Source: an uncultured delta proteobacterium (lineage in GTDB: Bacteria > Desulfobacterota > Syntrophia > Syntrophales > UBA2185). From it: 64,000 bases of DNA. The stretch is from NCBI GenBank assembly GCA_963729715.1, contig CAVSPA010000006.1, positions 96,001 through 160,000 of the forward strand, given 5' to 3'. Positions 29,637 through 37,596 of this stretch are shown piece after piece (the first letter of the stretch is position 1; the number at the start of each line of letters is the position of its first letter). The position numbers were made by a program, and so were the translations under genes. The notes under the pieces were generated by a model. That model was given only the letters and a program-made list of their open reading frames with translations. It did no database searches and was not told the origin of the DNA.

Positions 29637-30386
29637 ATGGAAAAAAAGAAAGAAAGTATTGGCGTTCTTTTCCATAAATTCCATACGTGTGAAACGTACG
29701 TAAGGCAAGGTAAAATTGCAGCATGCATCACCCTGCTCTTGGAAGTCCTGGAAAAGATGCCGTCAGCTCCGTTGCTCTCAAAGGAGAAAGAAACACTTAC
29801 TAAAGGTATCTTCACCCTTCAACGAACGTTGGCCTCCCACAAAAACTTCAAAGACATGTTCGGCCCCGTAACATTTAATGACACGGATATGAAGACGACC
29901 TATGAATTTCTAAAGCAACTTCAGGGTGCGCACGAAGAGGATCTCCGGGATCGGATGAAATCAGAATCATCGCAAGACGAGGCGGAAAAACTCGACGTGA
30001 ATGATATTGTCGAACTCGATGTGGAGGCCATTTGGGAACGGGCAACCATAGTTATTAAATATGTAGATAATGGCAATGTACCAAAGGCTAATGAGACGAT
30101 CGATGGCCTGGATGAGGTGATCTCATATATCACGCAGCACTACAATACTCTGGGTGTACAGTTCCGCAAGGCGTTAGATTATGAAAACGCCATCAAATGC
30201 TACATGAAGGCGCTTTCCATATATTCTCATGATGAAGGTTTGCACTATAATATGGCCCGCGTCTATTATGAAGTGGGCAACAGAGGCAAGGCTCGCGAAT
30301 CTTTGGGCAAGGCGCTAGCCATCAATCCCCAGTTTCAAGAAGGCCAGCGATTCGATGACTTTCTGTTAAAGTTTAATATCCATTAA
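29637..30386 (+). CDS. TPR-containing protein
   Basis: YNTLGVQFRK..DYENAIKCYMKAL, GLHYNMARVY. Confidence 0.85.
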   Translation: MEKKKESIGVLFHKFHTCETYVRQGKIAACITLLLEVLEKMPSAPLLSKEKETLTKGIFTLQRTLASHKNFKDMFGPVTFNDTDMKTTYEFLKQLQGAHEEDLRDRMKSESSQDEAEKLDVNDIVELDVEAIWERATIVIKYVDNGNVPKANETIDGLDEVISYITQHYNTLGVQFRKALDYENAIKCYMKALSIYSHDEGLHYNMARVYYEVGNRGKARESLGKALAINPQFQEGQRFDDFLLKFNIH

Positions 30387-30606
30387 GAAGACAGAAAAAC
30401 TAGGGGAAATTATTAAATTCCTGAGAGGGATTCTTTTTTGAAAAAGTGTGAAGGAACTGTCGCTTTCCAGAATAACCGCCGAATGCGGTCTGTTTCCGCA
30501 AGCAGAAATCATGTCCGCCTTTTATAAACATATTGATACCTCAACATCAACCACATCTCTTAATCTGAAAAATAATAAGAAGAGCGCCTCCCTGCTCTCG
30601 TTTGAT

Positions 30607-30820
30607 AATTCCCTGTTCCTTGATTTAAATTCCCTGATACGTAAAAAAATTCCCTGATGTGTTGAGTAGGGAATTTTCTCTGTAACCCACTAGAATTAGG
30701 CATCACAGCGATATCACTCTTTCGTTTCGGTGCCAGAAATGAAAAAATTCCCTGTAATTTCCCTGATAAACAGGGAATTTGGTATAAGAGAGCTGTTCGC
30801 GGTAGACTGCCAACACCACC
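30607..30820. repeat. AATTCCCTG motif cluster beside serine-recombinase remnant
   Basis: Direct copies near 30607, 30628, 30648, 30746, 30757 (variant); inverted near 30668 and 30771. Confidence 0.8.
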
Positions 30821-30983
30821 ATGAATTCCCCCGCAGGAGAGATTCTGCGGTTTATGCGCCCAGAGGGGCGCACGTGGCGTGTGTTGGCTAATTAAGTTGA
30901 CCGGAGAAGCCAGCCTGAAGCAGGTAAAAGCCACGATATTAACTTTTTTCTCTGTTCGGTATTTTGTCGGTCCACTGAGAGGT

Positions 30984-32180
30984 TCAGACGAAACCAAGAA
31001 GTTGACGCTGCTGTGTCCAGTCCAGAGGTAAATCAATCCGTTTGGTGAGCTTTTCAACGCTGAGAGCTGCAGGCTGCCGCCCCCCTATGATACTCTCCGT
31101 AATGTCGGGGGCGAGAAAAGCCAGATTTATTACCCGGGAAATATAGCTCTTGTCCACACCTTCCCGTGATGCGATTTCAGCCATATTGTGCACTCGTCCC
31201 GATACCAGATCATTGAACCATTTATGGGTGCGAATAATGGTTCTCAGCAAGGTCTGGCCCACTCTGACCGGTCCATTACCAGCAATTATCGGCCGCATCT
31301 CCATTCCCCGCCGCTTCATCCGCATCGGGATATCGCGTGTAATCGTTAAACCGCCGGAATCCACCTCCGTTACCACCAGCGGCGCCAGAGACAGCGTAAG
31401 GCGTATACCATCCTGCCGCAGCTCCACGCGCTGGACGAATCTCCCTATCAGGTTTGCAGCATCGGGCTGTATCTTTTCCGGCCGCATTGAGTGTAGAGGG
31501 AACATGGTGTGCTGCGATCCCCGATTCCTATACGGCGCCGGTAATGGCAGCATCATCATGGAGGATCTCCAATACTGTATGCGCGATCACTTGTTCAATT
31601 TCCTGCCCGGGTAATCGCCAACCATCTGATGAAAGATCTTTCGGGTCTGTCGCAAGGCTTTGTGAGATGTAATAGCGGTAGCGCCTTCCCTTTTTATTAA
31701 CGTGGACGGGTCTCAGGTGTTTGCCTGAAACATCGAATAATTTTCTGGTTAGCGGACAGGAAGTGGCATCACGTGAACGTGTTTTATGTTCTACCGAGTT
31801 ACTGGCCATAAGCTGCTGCACCTGTTCCCATAATTCCTGATCTATGATTGCTTCATGCTGACCCGGATGGCAGGTTCCCTTGTGGCGTATCTGCCCGATA
31901 TAGATCGGGTTGGAGAGAATCTTATAGAGTATCCCGCGTGAAAATGAACAACCGCCTTTCTGTCCACGGACCTTGGAATGAATAGCACGTGTGTCGAGAT
32001 CTTCTTTAAGCAAGCGGACGCATCCAAGCTCCAGGTAGCGATGGTATAGATACTGAACGATTTGGGCTTCCTTGGCATTGATCAGCAGTTTACGATTCTT
32101 GACGTCATAGCCGAGGGGGACGAATCCGCCCATCCACATCCCCTTCTTCTTGGAGGCAACAATTTTATCTCTGATACGCT
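30984..32180 (-). pseudogene. Large serine recombinase remnant, catalytic N-terminus missing, frameshift/deletion near 31540
   Basis: RIRDKIVASKKKGMWMGG.VPLGYD, NPIYIG, GQHEAII, YRYY, LAFLAPDI. Confidence 0.85.
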
Positions 32181-32234
32181 TTACGGCACGATTGGCAACC
32201 CCGGTCGTCTTTCCGCCACGCCTGCCGGCCCTAA

Positions 32235-32315
32235 TCATAATGCGCCACAATGACATACTTTATTACTTGCTTCTTGTTTTTGGTGGCACACCGGACACTC
32301 TGCCAAAATCGCCAT
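32235..32315 (-). pseudogene. Zn-ribbon N-terminal stub, probably of a tyrosine integrase
   Basis: MAILAECPVCHQKQEASNKVCHCGAL*; recalled resemblance to deltaproteobacterial integrase N-termini, not searched. Confidence 0.45.
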
Positions 32316-32552
32316 AATGAAAGTTCTTCTTTCATAGAAAATTAAAACCCCTGAGATTTCTCCCGGACCACGGGACCCGCTCCCAGCCTCGCGGCTGAAA
32401 GAATCTCAAGGGCTTTTAGCTGCACGTTCGTTTTCATGTTCCTATGGTCTTGGAGAATATGTATCTATCTATCTATACATCTATCCATATGCGTCTGTCA
32501 AGTATTTTTCGTTTGCGGTTGAAACATCTGTAAATACATGATAAAAAGGTTC

Positions 32553-32711
32553 ATGGAAAAGAAAGAACGTAAAAACTATAATACCAAACTCGATGTAGCT
32601 TTAATTAAGAAACTAAAATTCCTTTCTGTTGAAACTGATGCTCGCCAAAACGATCTCTTAGAAGAAGCCATTAAAGACCTGTTGAAAAAGTACGAAAAAA
32701 AGAAAACGTGA
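32553..32711 (+). CDS. Ribbon-helix-helix DNA-binding protein (52 aa)
   Basis: MEKKERKNYNTKLDVALIKKLKFLSVETDARQNDLLEEAIKDLLKKYEKKKT; below the ORF-track size cutoff. Confidence 0.8.
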   Translation: MEKKERKNYNTKLDVALIKKLKFLSVETDARQNDLLEEAIKDLLKKYEKKKT

Positions 32712-32762
32712 AAATATTGTTTACCTGTTTTTTAGTTTTCATTTATATGCCTGATTGACGAT

Positions 32763-33020
32763 ATGCTTATGCCCGAGTATGCAATATGGACATTGATTGT
32801 CAGCTTAACCGGCCTTGCGCTTGGGTTGTTTCTTAAGTGTAGGGATCTTTCCTCTAGGTTGAAGAACTCTGAGAATGAGCAAAATAGTCTTCAGTCTGAA
32901 CTTTATACTTTGAAAGAGGCTCAGAATAAGGAAATATCTGACATTAAGAAAGACCACAAAAAAGAGACGGATGAACTCAGAAACAAGATTCGCAAGCTTA
33001 GTCATATTGAGCCGCAGTAG
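32763..33020 (+). CDS. Small membrane-anchored coiled-coil protein
   Basis: N-terminal TM then charged heptads. Confidence 0.55.
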   Translation: MLMPEYAIWTLIVSLTGLALGLFLKCRDLSSRLKNSENEQNSLQSELYTLKEAQNKEISDIKKDHKKETDELRNKIRKLSHIEPQ

Positions 33021-33089
33021 ATAGAGGCAAGTTCTTAAACAAACACCCCTCCGCAAAATTCCACCGATAGACAAAGATCGTCGATACAA

Positions 33090-34322
33090 ATGTTTAGAAT
33101 CGGTCCGACAGCAAGGGGAAGCTCCACAGGAAAGCGCTACATCGGGGGAAGTATAAAATTATACCAAGGGGAATGCGTCATAGAAAGCAAACCATATTCT
33201 AAGGGACTCGAAGGTGTAGTAGCTGACGAAACTCGCATTTGCAAAATCGATGGCATCAGTGGGAAACTATACTACCGGGGTTACTCCATCGAGGATCTTG
33301 CTGCCTATTCAAACTATGAGGAAGTCTGCTATCTGCTTCTCTATGAGCAACTTCCAACTATTGCTGAACTGAAGAACTTTTCGCAACGGATGCGGCAAAG
33401 CCGTCACCTCGTCCAGCCGGTTCTGGATATGATAAAATCTTTTCCCGCCTCCGCCCATCCCATGGAATTATTGCAATCATCTGTCTCCTACTTGAGCGGA
33501 TATGTGAAACATCGCATTGAACATTCTGCCACCTGTAACTGTCGAGACACGCTTTATCAGATTTCACAGCTTGCCAGCGTTGTTGCCATGTACGGTCGCT
33601 ATCGGGAAAAAAAGGAATATGTAACGCCACGAATGGACCTCTCGCATGGGGCCAATTTTCTGTATATGCTAAATGGAACCGAGCCGGATAGCCTCGAAGG
33701 CGAAATAATGGATAAGTGCCTGCTAATACACGCTGAACATGATTTTAACGCATCCACATTTGCGGCGCGGGTTGTCGCTTCAACCCTTTCAACCTGCTAC
33801 TGCAGCATATCAAGCGCAATAGGTGCGCTCTATGGATCGCTTCATGGAGGGGCAAACCAGCGAGTTATAGAAATGGTCGAGGAAATCGGAGATAAGAATA
33901 ATGTGGCCGTTTGGATGGACAGAGCTTTTGCCCAAAAGAGGAAAGTAATGGGGATGGGGCACCGTGAGTATAAAGCGAAAGATCCACGGGCAAACATCAT
34001 ACAAGAATTTCTTATACAACTTTCCGAAAAGAAGAAAGACTTTCGGTACTATGAGATTTTGCAGGAAGTTGAAAAGGTATTCCGCAGTAAAATGGAAACT
34101 GTGGGTAAACCCATTTATCCCAATGTTGACTTTTACTCCGGCACCGTCTACCGCCTTCTGGGTATTCCATCCATCCTCTTTACTCCGATTTTTGCCATGG
34201 GGAGAGTTGCCGGATGGCTTGCTCATATTCTGGAACAAAGGAGCGACAATCGCATCTATCGTCCGGAAAGCCTTTGGGCAGGTCCTGAACCCCGCAGCTA
34301 TACTCCCATTGAGAAACGATAA
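33090..34322 (+). CDS. Citrate / 2-methylcitrate synthase family; start uncertain (33090 or 33180)
   Basis: SKGLEGV, LYYRGY, GSLHGGAN, GMGHR.YK..DPRA, PNVDFY. Confidence 0.92.
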   Translation: MFRIGPTARGSSTGKRYIGGSIKLYQGECVIESKPYSKGLEGVVADETRICKIDGISGKLYYRGYSIEDLAAYSNYEEVCYLLLYEQLPTIAELKNFSQRMRQSRHLVQPVLDMIKSFPASAHPMELLQSSVSYLSGYVKHRIEHSATCNCRDTLYQISQLASVVAMYGRYREKKEYVTPRMDLSHGANFLYMLNGTEPDSLEGEIMDKCLLIHAEHDFNASTFAARVVASTLSTCYCSISSAIGALYGSLHGGANQRVIEMVEEIGDKNNVAVWMDRAFAQKRKVMGMGHREYKAKDPRANIIQEFLIQLSEKKKDFRYYEILQEVEKVFRSKMETVGKPIYPNVDFYSGTVYRLLGIPSILFTPIFAMGRVAGWLAHILEQRSDNRIYRPESLWAGPEPRSYTPIEKR

Positions 34323-34515
34323 AGTTCGATGGTAAAAAGTCAGTAAACAACGCATCTACCTGTTAGGATCATCAATCTTGATAAAGAGGTAATTTAAATT
34401 TTTTCTATCCCCTCTGCTGAAAAAGTTTAAGAGAATCTGATCGAGGCCCTAACCTTGCGACCGCCAGGATATTGTGATAATCTGCAAAAATAGGAAAGAA
34501 GAAGGACGGAAGACT

Positions 34516-35199
34516 ATGGATAAGGCGGCATTCCATAAACTCAGTTACGGTCTGTACGTCGTAAGTTCGAGGAAAGATGATCTATTCAATGGCCAGATCG
34601 CCAATACGCATTTTCAAGTAACATCAGAACCGCCGACTGTTGCAGTCGGTATTAATAAACAGAATCTCACCCATGAGTATATTCAGGCAAGTGGGAAATT
34701 TGCCGTATCCGTCTTATCGAAGTTGGTGCCTATGCAATTCATCGGTCTCTTAGGCTTTAAATGTGGGAGGGATATCAACAAATTTGAAAATTTAAATATC
34801 AGGCTTGGAAAAACTGGTGTTCCCGTTGTGTTGGATCACTCCATAGCCTACATTGAGGCCGAGGTGATAAATGAAATGAACTGCGGCAGCCATACGATAT
34901 TCGTAGGTCAGGTGCGGGATTGTGGCATCCTCAATAGTAATGATGAATCTATGACCTATGCCTATTATCACGAAGTGAAAGGCGGCAAGTCCCCGAAGAC
35001 GGCACCGACCTATCAGGCGCCTGACAACGTCGAAAATGGAGACAGATATCCATGCTCAGTATGTGGATACGTTTATGATCCGGAGAAAGGAGATCCCGAT
35101 TCCGGCGTCAAACCGGGAACAAAATTCGCAGATCTCCCCGGAGACTGGATGTGTCCTATCTGTGGAGCCGATAAATCAAAGTTTGAAAAAGGAGAATGA
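34516..35199 (+). CDS. Flavin reductase-rubredoxin fusion (high-molecular-weight rubredoxin type)
   Basis: [15 protein letters not shown]-terminal [10 protein letters not shown]...WMCPICG. Confidence 0.92.
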   Translation: MDKAAFHKLSYGLYVVSSRKDDLFNGQIANTHFQVTSEPPTVAVGINKQNLTHEYIQASGKFAVSVLSKLVPMQFIGLLGFKCGRDINKFENLNIRLGKTGVPVVLDHSIAYIEAEVINEMNCGSHTIFVGQVRDCGILNSNDESMTYAYYHEVKGGKSPKTAPTYQAPDNVENGDRYPCSVCGYVYDPEKGDPDSGVKPGTKFADLPGDWMCPICGADKSKFEKGE

Positions 35200-35570
35200 C
35201 GCCAGCTCTCACAATAAGTATGTCATTTCGAAGGAACTAATTAACGAAGAAATCCTGATGGCCATAGGTACGGAGCGTTGGTCATCTTTAATTAATAATA
35301 TCTATATCCTCGCTTCCATCGCGACGGCTCCATGCGGGTTGTCGGCAATTACGGTAGCACCACTCTCTTTCGATGTGGTCTTCAATTGTGACAACTGCTC
35401 ACTTCTGAAAATTTGTGGCATCAAAACTTGCAAGCATGCCAGTTGTGCATTTATTTTACGAATTGATCCTGCTATTATTTTTATGACCAGTCGTCCTAAC
35501 TAAATCAATTAAAAGGGGTAGTGCAATCTAAGCACCACCCCTCACAAAAAATTACTGCCTTTATGAACTC

Positions 35571-36368
35571 TTAAAGAATACCCAATTCTTTTCCGAGTTC
35601 TTTGAACTGCTTGGGAAATTCCGGCTGGAAGTTAAGATAAACAGGCACAGGATACTGAGCGCCGACTTTTTTACCCGCCTCTTGTAAGGCTTGATGTATA
35701 TCCGTGAGGTATTTGCCTGGCAGTGAGAAAACGATTTCATCATCCTGAGTCATGGAGAAGGCGCGGTCTCCTGTTCCGGGCATGGCAACGTGCGGCGCCA
35801 TGTCTTTAAACGGCGCGAGCAGATATTCGGTGCATTCAATTTTACCCCCGAAGTTACCCTTAACGCGTTGGCCTTGTCGATAAGTCCATGCGTGTACCAT
35901 GCGCATAAGCTGAGCCGGATTTCCGTAAAAGGCAACTATGTCCGGTTCGAAGGTTGCCCTGTGCAGGGGTGCAAACAAAATGGCCCCATACTCATCCTTA
36001 CGCAACCGTGTGATTGAGGCAGCTTCCTTCCGCCCTACTTCCTCACTCATCGAATAGCTTCCTTCACAGAAGAGCCTTCCGAGAGAGGCGGCAGAATCCG
36101 TTGACTCACTGAAACCGAAGGCAATGGCTGCAGGAACACAGACGATGTCGTCTTTTGTCAAGCCTACCGTCCATCCATAAACCCGAGCCATGGTGACGGC
36201 CTGGCAAATGGTTATCTTTTTCCCGAGGGCTACGGATGGCTGACGGGTTTTTTCAGGAAAATCTTTTTTATCCTTTAAGAATTTAACCGCGACAGGGAAA
36301 GTCTTTAGCCTCACGTTGTTTCTTATGAAATCAGCCACTTCCTTTAAATTTTGTTCTCCCATAATCAT
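35571..36368 (-). CDS. DUF169 family protein
   Basis: PVAVKF, ICQAVTMAR, FEPDIV, NPAQLM, GDRAF. Confidence 0.85.
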   Translation of the reverse strand: MIMGEQNLKEVADFIRNNVRLKTFPVAVKFLKDKKDFPEKTRQPSVALGKKITICQAVTMARVYGWTVGLTKDDIVCVPAAIAFGFSESTDSAASLGRLFCEGSYSMSEEVGRKEAASITRLRKDEYGAILFAPLHRATFEPDIVAFYGNPAQLMRMVHAWTYRQGQRVKGNFGGKIECTEYLLAPFKDMAPHVAMPGTGDRAFSMTQDDEIVFSLPGKYLTDIHQALQEAGKKVGAQYPVPVYLNFQPEFPKQFKELGKELGIL

Positions 36369-36524
36369 ATCCTCCCATCATTCTAAGACTACAGAGAAAA
36401 GACGCTCCGTTTTCTTTTCAAGATCTATATGTGTAGTATAAACAGGTTTTATCTTAGATTACAAATGGAAATCATTATTTCTTCTGTTAATAATAAACCT
36501 ACAGTGCGGAGAGCTTCAATTGTC

Positions 36525-36554
36525 TTGACACACAAGAATACCTTTCACTATACT
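36525..36554 (+). promoter_or_regulatory. Sigma70-type promoter of hydrolase gene
   Basis: TTGACA-18 nt-TATACT. Confidence 0.6.
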
Positions 36555-36602
36555 TTTCAGTAAATGAAGTAAGTTCGCAGCAAACTAATCAAGGAGGTCA
36601 GT

Positions 36603-37550
36603 ATGAGAAATAAGATATTTGTTGCCCTAATTGGCGCGTGCCTGGTCCTTGCCATGACCGGTCCCGCTGCGTCTCAAACTATAACCGGGGCTGAGCACCG
36701 GGTGGACAACGGGAATATTCGGTTGTATGTCTGGGAAAAATACACTGGAAGCCCGGCAGGCAAGCCGATTGTCGTTTTGTGTCACGGCTCTGCTACGGCA
36801 GGAAAGGAAAGCTTTGATCTCCAAGTTCGCGGACAGGCTACATACAGCCTGATGGATGTGCTTGCCAGGGCAGGTTTCGATGTCTTTGCTCCGGATGTTC
36901 GTGGATTCGGCCGCTCGACTCATCCGGCGGGCCACATGACAACGATGGAGGCCAGCCAGGATCTGAACGCGGTGGTGGACTACATTCTCAAAAAGAGAGG
37001 GGCCACGAAGGTGAATCTTCTCGGATGGTCGTGGGGCACCCAGTACGGCGGGATGTTCGTGATGGCGCAGCCCGGAAAAGTAGAGAGGTACATCTCGTAT
37101 GCACAGATGCACGTGAACAGTCCTGACATCGCTAAGAGACGGCCACGTGTGGATGCGTTCCGCAAAAATCCGTACGTCACCATCCCGGAGGCCGGGTGGA
37201 AACCGCGCTTCTACTCCATGACGCCGGCTGAGGCCAATGATCCCGAAGTAGTTGATGCCTATGCTAAGGCGGCGGCGCAGGTCGAGGTGAAGTCACCCAC
37301 CGGCCCGCAGCTTGATATGGTAACGATTATGCCGATGATCAATGCCCGACTGATGCCTGTTCCTACGATGATCATCCACGGCCAGTATGATGATGTGGCG
37401 GACATGAATGGATTGTTACCCTTCTTCAGCGAACTTCCGAGTCCCGCCAAGGATTATGTTATCGTTCCCAATGCGGGTCATATGATGCATCTCCAGAAGG
37501 GGCATCGAATTTTCCAGCACCACGTGATCGGCTTTTTCAGCGCGCCGTGA
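36603..37550 (+). CDS. Secreted alpha/beta hydrolase
   Basis: Signal peptide, HG, DVRGFGRS, GWSWG, GHMMH. Confidence 0.9.
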   Translation: MRNKIFVALIGACLVLAMTGPAASQTITGAEHRVDNGNIRLYVWEKYTGSPAGKPIVVLCHGSATAGKESFDLQVRGQATYSLMDVLARAGFDVFAPDVRGFGRSTHPAGHMTTMEASQDLNAVVDYILKKRGATKVNLLGWSWGTQYGGMFVMAQPGKVERYISYAQMHVNSPDIAKRRPRVDAFRKNPYVTIPEAGWKPRFYSMTPAEANDPEVVDAYAKAAAQVEVKSPTGPQLDMVTIMPMINARLMPVPTMIIHGQYDDVADMNGLLPFFSELPSPAKDYVIVPNAGHMMHLQKGHRIFQHHVIGFFSAP

Positions 37551-37596
37551 CCCACCATCGAAATGAAGGGGTTAACCAATCACGGTTAGCTCCTTC

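Larger units (their letters stand above)
11247..37558. mobile_element. Composite genomic island integrated at tRNA-Phe
   Basis: TGACCCACCAT at 11247-11257 and 37548-37558, each followed by an AAGGGGTTA hairpin; recombinase remnants inside. Confidence 0.7.

Noticed and set aside
30607..30780. CRISPR array
   Set aside because: 9 bp motifs, irregular spacing, mixed orientation, no cas genes
30787..30820. Second tRNA or tRNA-Phe att copy
   Set aside because: No cloverleaf; shares only CCACCA with the tRNA end
35036..35503. 155 aa ORF overlapping the rubredoxin fusion
   Set aside because: Out-of-frame overlap, no RBS, no recognisable motif
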